Below, one piece after another: positions 1 through 8,186 of a stretch of 21,296 nt of DNA. A model generated the notes under the pieces. It was not told the origin of the DNA, did not search any database, and saw only the letters and a program-made list of their open reading frames with translations. The DNA comes from a bacterium (GTDB lineage: Bacteria > Methylomirabilota > Methylomirabilia > CAVQYV01): the NCBI GenBank assembly GCA_043800755.1, contig JAZDMQ010000141.1:1-21296 (forward strand). Reading direction: 5' to 3'. The translations under genes were made by a program, and so were the position numbers. Positions within the stretch are counted from its first letter, which is position 1. Every line of letters begins with the position of its first letter.

Positions 1-201
1 ATAAGAGCAGGCCATTGAATGTGCTTTATGGGTTGGGGAGTGAAGCGAACCCGTAGGGAATGAGGATTTCACCATAGGATTAACCATAACATCCCACGAG
101 GGGAGTTGCAAGGCACCTCCTCTTCCTTGCCTTGAAGCTCCTCGCAGAGGGCAGCTGGGATTGCACTGGCCACCCATTTTGAAAAAATTGAAAAAACCCT
201 C

Positions 202-230
202 TTGACAGAAGAATGGAGTTCAAATATGAA
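202..230 (+). promoter_or_regulatory. Putative sigma70 promoter of the hydrogenase operon
   Basis: TTGACA (202-207), 17 nt spacer, TATGAA (225-230). A-tracts lie just upstream (UP-like) and the first ATG is about 70 nt downstream. Confidence 0.55.
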
Positions 231-300
231 TTACGGCGGTTTTGTCCGAACAAGTATTTCACTCCTCTTTCTCCTCTGAATCGGCCTGGGGCGAGGTATA

Positions 301-2001
301 ATGCGGAATGCTTTTTCGACATGCAATTATTGCGGGTGCGGCTGCGGCCTCTTCCTTATGGAGAAGGATAGCCGGATCATCGGCGTTGGGCCTTCCTTAA
401 GTCATCCGGTTTCTCAGGGCACCCTTTGTTTGAAGGGCTGGACCTCTTACCAGTATATTCATAGTCCTTCCCGATTGACGCAGCCACTCATCAGAAAAGG
501 CTCAAACCTGAAAGAGGCCACCTGGGAGGAAGCACTTTCCGCAGCGGCTGAAGGACTCAAATCGGCAAGACAGAAATTTGGCCCCCAGGCGATTGCTTTC
601 TTCGGCGCTGGAAGAGCTACCAACGAGGAACTTCTTCTCCTCCAATATTTGGCAGAAGAAGTCATTGGCACCCGCCTCATCTTTCTCGACTCCCTCTCCC
701 ACTCTCTCTCCTATAAGGACCTCTTTGATGGGAAGGTCGATCAGGCCAATATCGAGGATATTGGCGTCTCTGACTTGTTGGTCCTTGTCAACTCTGACTC
801 CAAAGAACAGCATCCGGCCTTCTCTGGGCAGGTTTGGAAAGCCCTGGATAACGGGACCAAGGTGCTTTCCTTTTCCACGCGAAGGGATCCTTTGGCCAAG
901 CATTCGCAGATCCATCTTCAAATCAGCCCCTTTACCGAAGGTGCCCTGCTGAAAGGCCTCATCAATCTCTACTTCAGTGACGAGGCTTCCCGATGGGGAA
1001 CGATTCCAGGAGTTAACGAACTGAGGGAGATGGCCAGGGATTACTCCCCGCAGCGGGTGAGTCAAATCTGTGGTATCCGAGAGGATGATTTAAGGTCTGC
1101 CTTTTCTCTTCTCAGCTCTGCCCGGGCTCCGGTGTTCATTTATCCATGGGGGAGCATGGAGGCGACGAGGGAAAAGGCTTTAATTGAGGACCTCAAGGAC
1201 TTACTGATGATGAAAGGGGAAGGAGGAAAGTTGGCCATCCTCTATCCTTCTTGCAACTCTCGGGGTGCACACCTCCTGGCCAAGAATGGAATTGGGCAGG
1301 ACCTTTCCCAAGTGAAGGTGCTTCTCCTGCTGGGGGAGCCTTATGGAGAAGATAGGAGAGCGATTCTCTCCCTCCGGGGTCGCCTGGATCTCCTCATCTC
1401 GCTTGACTTGTTCATGTCCCCCACAGCCGAGGCGGCTGATATTGTCTTCCCCAGTTCGAGCTTCGCGGAGAAGGCGGGAACCTTCACCAGTACCGAGGGA
1501 CGGATTCAAGAGATTATTCCGGCGATCGATCCCCTGAGAGGCACCAGGCCAGATGCGGAAATATTGACGAGCCTTTGTGCCCAATTGGGAGCAAAAGTCC
1601 CCTCATGGGAGGATGTCAGGAAGCAGGTGTCCCAAATCCTGGGGACCCCGGGGCCCAGAAATAGCGAGATGAGATTTGAAGCTGAGCCAGTTCCGCCCCC
1701 CCCCGAGTTGGACGAGAGCTTTCCTTTCACCTTCGTGGGGGATGCGGTCAACCTGCGCTGGCACACGGATACGAGGGTCATGAAGACTCCCATTCTGGCC
1801 CGTGAGCTATTTGAAAATTATATCGAGATGAATCTGGAGGAATTCCGGGATCTCGGTTTACGGGAGGGAATGACTGCCAAGTTCATAACCAGAGCCGGGG
1901 AGGTGGTCGCCAAAGTGAGACCGACGGAGGTCCTCAAAAAGGGGACCCTTCTCAGCTCTTACTATTCTCTCCTCGGTCCAGTGCGGGTGGAAAGGGCCTA
2001 A
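301..2001 (+). CDS. FdhF/NuoG-like molybdopterin-oxidoreductase-family Fe-S protein, probably non-catalytic
   Basis: N-terminal 4Fe-4S motif CNYCGCGC...LCLKG, then RLTQPLIRK and ATWEEAL, TNEE, ADIVFPSSSFAEKAGTFTSTEGRIQ and a C-terminal molydopterin-binding-like domain. The Mo-ligand Cys/Sec position reads Ser (LSH). SD GAGG upstream. Confidence 0.85.
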   Translation: MRNAFSTCNYCGCGCGLFLMEKDSRIIGVGPSLSHPVSQGTLCLKGWTSYQYIHSPSRLTQPLIRKGSNLKEATWEEALSAAAEGLKSARQKFGPQAIAFFGAGRATNEELLLLQYLAEEVIGTRLIFLDSLSHSLSYKDLFDGKVDQANIEDIGVSDLLVLVNSDSKEQHPAFSGQVWKALDNGTKVLSFSTRRDPLAKHSQIHLQISPFTEGALLKGLINLYFSDEASRWGTIPGVNELREMARDYSPQRVSQICGIREDDLRSAFSLLSSARAPVFIYPWGSMEATREKALIEDLKDLLMMKGEGGKLAILYPSCNSRGAHLLAKNGIGQDLSQVKVLLLLGEPYGEDRRAILSLRGRLDLLISLDLFMSPTAEAADIVFPSSSFAEKAGTFTSTEGRIQEIIPAIDPLRGTRPDAEILTSLCAQLGAKVPSWEDVRKQVSQILGTPGPRNSEMRFEAEPVPPPPELDESFPFTFVGDAVNLRWHTDTRVMKTPILARELFENYIEMNLEEFRDLGLREGMTAKFITRAGEVVAKVRPTEVLKKGTLLSSYYSLLGPVRVERA

Positions 2002-2031
2002 GAGATTGCGAGCCGGAGCGAAGACAGCGAT

Positions 2032-3141
2032 ATGGGGAGATTCCTGATGCAGAAAGAGGCGAGGATCATATCCAAATCCCATGTGCTCGAGTGGGTCAAG
2101 AACCTTCAAGGGATAGGCGAGGTAATCGGGCCGACCAAGGACCCAAAGGCTCCCACCCATGATTATGTCTTTGCCCGCCTCTCTTCCCCTGAAGAAATCC
2201 GCCTGGATTACACCCATGACCTCCTTCCCCTGAAGCGCTTCTTCTTTTCTCCCACCGAAACCCTGCTGCGATATCGATATCAGGATGGCGTTCATCTGGA
2301 AGCTGAGATTGACGAGACGAAGAGATTCTTCTTCGGAGTGCGGTCCTGTGATATGATAGGTGTTAGGTATCTTCAAAATATCTTCTCTGCCAATTATGAG
2401 GATCCCTATGTACTCAAGAAGATAGAATCCGCTACCTTCATCACCCTCGCCTGCCATACGCCACCGCTCGATACCTGTTTTTGCATCTGCATCGATGGAG
2501 GACCCTCCCTGGCTGAGGGGTACGATATTCAACTCTGGGATTTGGAGGATCGTTATCTGGTCGAGGTGGGATCTGAGAAGGGAATGGCCGCCATTTCGGC
2601 CTCAGAAGGGTTGTTCAAGGCGGCCCGAGATCAAGATTTCAGAGACCGGGAAAAGAGGCAATCCGTAACTGACCAGATGTTCAAGATCGACGCCTACTTT
2701 TCGCGCAGCATCTATCGCGTGACCACCGGAAAAGTTCCCGATGAGGTCTGGCAGGAACTGGAGGATAGGTGCTTCAATTGCGGAGGCTGCTATTACGTCT
2801 GTCCGATGTGTTATTGTTTTCAGATCATAGATTGTCCCCATTCTCCCACGGAAGGGGAGCGGCAGCGCATTTGGGATTCCTGCGTCCATGTGGGATTCCA
2901 GAGGGAGACTTCCGGCCACAACCCGCGTCCCAAGTTAGCCGAGACGATTAAGCATCGTTATTTCCATAAGATCAGCTATCAGAACTTCAAACGGGAGGGA
3001 AGGAACGGTTGTGTGGGGTGCGGCCGTTGTCTCATTGCCTGTTACTCGAATATCGATATGCCCTCCGTCTTAAGGAAGATTAGAAAAGATCAACTGACTA
3101 TGAGCTGGAAGGGTCATTTCGATGGCCATCCTCTCAAATGA
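2032..3141 (+). CDS. AsrA/sulfhydrogenase-beta (HydB)-like 4Fe-4S dicluster protein
   Basis: Motifs GVRSCD, C...TCFC, RCFNCGGCYYVCPMCYCF, RIWDSC and GCVGCGRCLIAC are characteristic of the AsrA/HydB family. Confidence 0.88.
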   Translation: MGRFLMQKEARIISKSHVLEWVKNLQGIGEVIGPTKDPKAPTHDYVFARLSSPEEIRLDYTHDLLPLKRFFFSPTETLLRYRYQDGVHLEAEIDETKRFFFGVRSCDMIGVRYLQNIFSANYEDPYVLKKIESATFITLACHTPPLDTCFCICIDGGPSLAEGYDIQLWDLEDRYLVEVGSEKGMAAISASEGLFKAARDQDFRDREKRQSVTDQMFKIDAYFSRSIYRVTTGKVPDEVWQELEDRCFNCGGCYYVCPMCYCFQIIDCPHSPTEGERQRIWDSCVHVGFQRETSGHNPRPKLAETIKHRYFHKISYQNFKREGRNGCVGCGRCLIACYSNIDMPSVLRKIRKDQLTMSWKGHFDGHPLK

Positions 3142-3153
3142 TGAGAGCCTGGA

Positions 3154-3990
3154 GTGGATGAAGTGGATAACATCTATCTCCCAAAGATAGCGAAAATCTT
3201 AGGCATCCAGACCGAGACCTCGGATGTCAAGACCTTTGTCCTCCAGTTAAAGGATGAAGGTGCGCATTCATCCTTCGATTTCAAGCCTGGACAATTCGTG
3301 GAGGTGGGAGTTTTCGGAGTGGGGGAGGTGCCCATCGGCCTTTCCTCCAGTCCCCTCCAGAAGGGATCCTTCGAAATTGCGGTGAGGGCAGTGGGGTCGG
3401 TCACCAATGCCCTCCACCAACGCTCCCCAGGGGATGAGGTCGGGATTCGGGGGCCGCTGGGCAACTCCTTTCCTTTCGAAGAGGTAATGGGAAAGGACAT
3501 CCTTTACATTGGAGGAGGAATCGGCCTCCCTCCCTTGAGGTCGCTGATCAATAGCATGTTTGAAAAGAGGCAGGATTTCGGCAAGATCACCATCCTCTAT
3601 GGGGCAAGGACTCCCGGAGACAGGACCTATAAGAAAGAGTTGGCCCAGTGGGCGGCAAGGGAAGATATCGAATTCCATGAGACAGTGGATGTGGGCGATG
3701 AGAGCTGGACAGGAAATGTTGGAGTGGTGACCACCCTGCTCAAGAAGATCAAAGTGGATCCCATAAGAACGGTAGCCTTTACCTGTGGGCCGCCTATTAT
3801 GATCAAGTTTGTGATCGAAGATCTCTTAAACTTGGGTTTTCCGGGAGAAAACATCGTTACCACTTTAGAGCGGTATATGAAATGTGGAGTGGGCAAGTGC
3901 CGACATTGCTGCATTGGCCATAAGTATGTTTGTCTCGATGGCCCCGTCTTCACCTACCAGCAGATCTCGGAATTGACCGAGAGGGTCTGA
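3154..3990 (+). CDS. AsrB/sulfhydrogenase-gamma (HydG)-like FAD/NAD(P)-binding 2Fe-2S protein (start may be GTG 3163)
   Basis: FKPGQF, GVGEVPI, RGPLGNSF, GGGIGLPPLRS, CGPPIM, and the C-terminal 2Fe-2S motif MKCGVGKCRHC...VCLDGPVF. Confidence 0.92.
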   Translation: MDEVDNIYLPKIAKILGIQTETSDVKTFVLQLKDEGAHSSFDFKPGQFVEVGVFGVGEVPIGLSSSPLQKGSFEIAVRAVGSVTNALHQRSPGDEVGIRGPLGNSFPFEEVMGKDILYIGGGIGLPPLRSLINSMFEKRQDFGKITILYGARTPGDRTYKKELAQWAAREDIEFHETVDVGDESWTGNVGVVTTLLKKIKVDPIRTVAFTCGPPIMIKFVIEDLLNLGFPGENIVTTLERYMKCGVGKCRHCCIGHKYVCLDGPVFTYQQISELTERV

Positions 3991-4013
3991 CGCCTTCTCA
4001 GGAGATTATCCCC

Positions 4014-4499
4014 TTGGAGTCGTTGGAAGAGGCCCTCAAGGAGAGGCTGAAGGGCAAAGTAACCCTGGTGGGAGTGGGCAATACCTGGAAGGGGGATGAT
4101 GGCGCGGGTCCCGCATTGGTAAGTCGCCTCCAAGGTAGAGTGCGGGCGCAACTGATCGATGCGGGGGAAGTTCCGGAGAGCTTTTTAGGCAGAATCGGGG
4201 AGACCAGCCCTGATACTATAGTTTTACTGGATGTTGCGGACTTGGGGGCTGCACCCGGAGAAATAGCCATCATTGAGGGAGAGCAGCTGAGAGATATCAG
4301 CTTTTCGACCCATCGCCTCAGCCTGGCTCTTTTGATGAAGTATTTGAAATATTCAACTGCCGCCGATGTCTTCCTTCTGGCCATCCAGCCGAAGGGCGTT
4401 GGGTTTGGGGAGAGGATGAGTCAGGAAGTGGAGGAAGCGGTAGAGGCCTTGGGAGAAATCCTGCAGAGGGCCGCCCCGATTACAGAGCCTTCATTATGA
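4014..4499 (+). CDS. hycI: Hydrogenase 3/4 maturation endopeptidase
   Basis: GVGNTWKGDDGAGP, DAGEVPE, STHRLSL and IQP motifs. The likely start is TTG 4014 behind GGAG (4001-4004), because the track start at 3930 overlaps the upstream gene. Confidence 0.9.
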   Translation: MESLEEALKERLKGKVTLVGVGNTWKGDDGAGPALVSRLQGRVRAQLIDAGEVPESFLGRIGETSPDTIVLLDVADLGAAPGEIAIIEGEQLRDISFSTHRLSLALLMKYLKYSTAADVFLLAIQPKGVGFGERMSQEVEEAVEALGEILQRAAPITEPSL

Positions 4500-4554
4500 A
4501 AAAAGGAAAGCATTCTGTTAGCGTGATCCGCCGAGGGGAAGAGAGAGGTCGAAG

Positions 4555-6012
4555 ATGTCACTATCGCTGATGATTGCACTGCTTGCGTTGCCTTTCATGG
4601 GCGCCCTTCTCTCTACGCTCACCCGAGGGAGGGGTAAGGATACTCTGTCCATCCTCGTCTCCTTTGCCACCATGGTCTTGTCTCTCATAGTTGTCTTTCA
4701 ATCCCATCTGCAAAAGCTCTACTTGTCTCTCATTGAGCTTCCGTGGTTGCCATCCACTGGAAAGATCTTTGGCTTCATGATCGATCCCTTGTCATCCTTG
4801 CTGCTTTTAGTGATTACTATTATCGGTTTCTTGGTGGTCTGCTATTCTGCTAATTATTTGAGCTCCCAGAATAGAGACCACGCCACCACCAATGGGAAAG
4901 GAAGGTATTCCTTCTGGCTCTTCCTCTTCATCGGCTCCATGATCGGAGTGGTGATCTCCCCCAACCTGCTCCAGCTTTTTATCTTCTGGGAGCTTACCTC
5001 CGTCTGTTCCTGGGCCTTGATCTCTTTTTACGGAAAAGAAAAGTCCGTCTTCGCAGGGTACAAGGCACTTTTAATGACCCATCTGGGTGGTCTTTTCTTC
5101 ATGGTGGCCCTGGTTATTCAATATGTTCATACCCATTCCTTCTCCTTCGAGAGTCTGAATGGCCTGCCCGGAGGCCTTAAGACCACTGTTTTCATCCTCC
5201 TCTTGGCGGCGGCCTGGGCCAAGTCAGCACAGATTCCCTTTTACACCTGGCTTCCCGACGCCATGGAGGCTCCGACTCCCATCTCTGCTTACCTTCATGC
5301 CGCGGCCATGGTGAAGGCCGGCGTGTATCTCGTCGCCAGAGTGGTGGTAAGCACTTCCGATCTCTCCATGGTATCCGGGATCATCGTGGCGGTGATGGCT
5401 ATCGTTACCATGTTGATTGGAGTGTTTTTCTTCTTCTTTCAGGATGATCTCAAAAAACTGCTGGCCTATTCCACCATCACTCATCTCGCTTACATCCTCC
5501 TGGGGGCGGGTCTGGGCATCCTGGGTTCCGCTGTCGGCTTCACCGGAGGGATGCTGCATATCATGTGTCATGCCTTTGCGAAGGCCCTCTTATTCCTAAG
5601 TGTGGGTGCCATTGCTTATTCCACAGGAGTCAAAAGCATAAAAGAGTTAAGCGGCCTATCCAGCCGCATGCCTTTGGTTTCGGCTGCGTTTTTTGTGGGG
5701 TTGCTATCGGTCACCGGGATTCCTCCATTTTCCTGCTTTTGGAGCAAGTTTTTCCTGCTCACCGGGGCCATAAGTCTCGGAGGGTTAGCAGGATTTTTCA
5801 TATTGGTTCCATTCATTCTTGAGGCCATTGTGGCCTTTGCGTGGTTCATCAGGGTGGGACAGAACGTTTTCTTCGGGGAGGTATCGGAGAAGGCGATTAT
5901 TGCCAAAGATCCGCCCTTTCTCATGAGCGCCACCCTGATCATCCTGATGATTTTTTGTGTGCTCGCTCCGTTGATCGCTTTGCCCATCGTGCACAACATT
6001 AGAATCCATTAA
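4555..6012 (+). CDS. hyfD: Hydrogenase-4 membrane subunit D-like (NuoL/MrpA-type antiporter-like)
   Basis: 485-aa polytopic protein with FIFWELTSVCSWALISFY, AKSAQIPFYTWLPDAMEAPTPISAYLHAAAMVKAGVY and DLKKLLAYSTI. Confidence 0.85.
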   Translation: MSLSLMIALLALPFMGALLSTLTRGRGKDTLSILVSFATMVLSLIVVFQSHLQKLYLSLIELPWLPSTGKIFGFMIDPLSSLLLLVITIIGFLVVCYSANYLSSQNRDHATTNGKGRYSFWLFLFIGSMIGVVISPNLLQLFIFWELTSVCSWALISFYGKEKSVFAGYKALLMTHLGGLFFMVALVIQYVHTHSFSFESLNGLPGGLKTTVFILLLAAAWAKSAQIPFYTWLPDAMEAPTPISAYLHAAAMVKAGVYLVARVVVSTSDLSMVSGIIVAVMAIVTMLIGVFFFFFQDDLKKLLAYSTITHLAYILLGAGLGILGSAVGFTGGMLHIMCHAFAKALLFLSVGAIAYSTGVKSIKELSGLSSRMPLVSAAFFVGLLSVTGIPPFSCFWSKFFLLTGAISLGGLAGFFILVPFILEAIVAFAWFIRVGQNVFFGEVSEKAIIAKDPPFLMSATLIILMIFCVLAPLIALPIVHNIRIH

Positions 6013-6015
6013 GGA

Positions 6016-8109
6016 GTGGTGCGAGAGATGACGGCCATCCAAGTTTATATATTATCGATTCTCATCCTTTTCGTGGGAGCTATCCTCACCCTTTTCTTCT
6101 ATAAAAAACCCAGAGGAATGGGGTACTTTTCTTTCTTCTTGGTTCTGGTTTCCTCTCTCGGCATCTTTTACGTAGCAGGACAAGTTTTCCTGTATGGGCC
6201 GATCGTTACCGCCGGGACCATTTTTTCGAATGTCAAGGCAGAAAACCTCTTGGCTGTTCCCGGCTTGGGGGCGACTCTGACTTTCCGCATCGACATGCTA
6301 AGCTCTGTCTTCCTAATTCTGGTAGCTTTTGTGGGGATTTGTGCCACCCTCTACTCTATCCGGTATATGGATCTCTACAAGAAATCCAACCTCTCCGCCT
6401 ACTATCCTCCTCTCCTTGTGTTCCTGGGGGCCATGTGGGCATTGGTGGGGATGGCTGATATGTTCTTTTTCTTCATTTTTTGGGAGTTTATGACCCTGAG
6501 TTCCTATCTCTTGATCATCTTTGAAAAGGAGAAGCGAGAAAATCTGCGGGCTGGCTTCAAGTATTTCCTTATGACCCATATCGCCACCTCCTGCATGTTT
6601 ATCGGGGCGATCATGATTTATGTCCATGGCAAATCCTTCTCCTTTGAAAACCTGCGGGAGACCTTGGGTCAGCTCATGGTTTCTCACCCGAGTCTGGTCC
6701 ATCTCATCCTGGGGCTGTTCTTTATCGGATTCGCAACCAAGGCAGGCATTTTCCCCTTTGGCGATTGGTTGCCTGATGCCCACCCGGCTGCCCCCTCCGG
6801 GGTATCTGCCATCCTCTCGGGGGTCATGATTAAGATGGGGGCCTATGGGCTTCTGCGGGTATTCGTCACCATCCTGCCTACTTCCCATTACTCCTCCTCC
6901 TGGGGAGGGGTGATCGCCTTCTTTGGGGTGCTCTCTCTCTTCGTGGGGAGCCTGACCGCCCTCATACAAAAGGATTCTAAGAGACTGCTGGCTTTCTCTT
7001 CCATTGGCCAGATCGGATACATTTTCCTCGCCTTGGGAATGGGCATTGCCTTCATGCGTATCAACCCGGCCATCTCCGCTGTCGCGCTTATCGCTGGCCT
7101 CTTCCATACCGTCAATGACGCCCTATTCAAGGCTCTCCTCTTCCTCAATGCGGGATCTATTTTGTACAAAACCGGTACCCGAAACCTGAACGAAATGGGT
7201 GGGCTACATAAATGGATGCCACTCACCTATTTTGCCACCCTGATCGGATGCCTTTCTGTGGGGGGCTTTCCGCCGCTCAATGGCTTTGCCAGCAAATGGA
7301 TGATCTTTCAGACCACGATTCTTGGAGGAATCGATAGGCCAATCTATGTTTTCTTCGCCATCTTCGCGCTCTTTATTAGTGCGGTCACCCTTGCTTACGG
7401 GGTGAAATTCATGGGTTGCGCCTTTTTCGGAAAACTCCCTGATCCGCTGTTGCACAGGGTCAAATCGGATGTGCCCGCCTCCATGCAGTTTCCTCAGATC
7501 ATCCTGGCCTTATTCTGCTTTCTCCTCGGTCTTTATCCGATGCTCCCCATCTCTTTCCTTTACCAGACATTACCTGCCTTGGGGGGGAGTGTGGCTTTTC
7601 CGGCGATGACTTCACTGTTTGGAACCTCTTTTTTTGGAGTAATGATTAATTTAGGAGAGGGAATTGGTGGAGTGTATAATGCCAGTGTTTTGCTCGTAGT
7701 TTTTCTGATTTCCTTTTTCATCGCTTTCTTCCTTTATAGGGCGGGGGGGGCAAAGGTGAGAGAGGATGTCACTTGGTATTGTGGGGAGGAACACCTTCCG
7801 GCAGAGGTTCGCTTCTCCGCCGATAGCCTCTATTTGCCCTTCAAGAGGTTCTTCCGCATTCGCGTGGGACGCTATCAGCGAGAAGGCGTTTATCCCACCT
7901 TTCAGCTCCCAAAGCTCTCCTTGCCCACCCGGCTGAAGCGGATTTTCGATGTGGATGAGTACTTCTTCTATCCTATCGTGCGGGGTTCCATGATCCTTTT
8001 CAATAAATTCTCTCGTACCCATGTGGGGATACCTCAAGTTTATGTCCTTTGGATGATCGTGGGATTGATTTTGGCCATCATCGTCTTGTTTTCCCTTTCC
8101 AGTTTCTAA
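6016..8109 (+). CDS. hyfB: Hydrogenase-4 membrane subunit B-like (HyfB/HycC; antiporter-like); start may be ATG 6028
   Basis: About 697-aa polytopic protein with [67 protein letters not shown] and a C-terminal TM helix. Confidence 0.82.
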   Translation: MVREMTAIQVYILSILILFVGAILTLFFYKKPRGMGYFSFFLVLVSSLGIFYVAGQVFLYGPIVTAGTIFSNVKAENLLAVPGLGATLTFRIDMLSSVFLILVAFVGICATLYSIRYMDLYKKSNLSAYYPPLLVFLGAMWALVGMADMFFFFIFWEFMTLSSYLLIIFEKEKRENLRAGFKYFLMTHIATSCMFIGAIMIYVHGKSFSFENLRETLGQLMVSHPSLVHLILGLFFIGFATKAGIFPFGDWLPDAHPAAPSGVSAILSGVMIKMGAYGLLRVFVTILPTSHYSSSWGGVIAFFGVLSLFVGSLTALIQKDSKRLLAFSSIGQIGYIFLALGMGIAFMRINPAISAVALIAGLFHTVNDALFKALLFLNAGSILYKTGTRNLNEMGGLHKWMPLTYFATLIGCLSVGGFPPLNGFASKWMIFQTTILGGIDRPIYVFFAIFALFISAVTLAYGVKFMGCAFFGKLPDPLLHRVKSDVPASMQFPQIILALFCFLLGLYPMLPISFLYQTLPALGGSVAFPAMTSLFGTSFFGVMINLGEGIGGVYNASVLLVVFLISFFIAFFLYRAGGAKVREDVTWYCGEEHLPAEVRFSADSLYLPFKRFFRIRVGRYQREGVYPTFQLPKLSLPTRLKRIFDVDEYFFYPIVRGSMILFNKFSRTHVGIPQVYVLWMIVGLILAIIVLFSLSSF

Positions 8110-8135
8110 ACCCTCCCCAATTATATGGGAGGAAG

Positions 8136-8186
8136 ATGTCACCAAAGTTAAAGAAAAACTTGATGCGAGAAAGGTTCAAAAAATGA
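8136..8186 (+). CDS. Possible 16-aa upstream ORF ([16 protein letters not shown]) coupled to the large-subunit start
   Basis: Strong SD GGGAGG (8127-8132), ATG 8136, and a stop TGA (8184-8186) that overlaps ATG 8183 (ATGA). Confidence 0.3.
   Translation: MSPKLKKNLMRERFKK

Noticed and set aside
1-87. Divergent ORF on the - strand starting at ATG 87 and running off the window
   Set aside because: Only 29 codons, no recognisable motif; cannot be supported.
2032-3990. Anaerobic sulfite reductase
   Set aside because: No siroheme AsrC subunit in the cluster.
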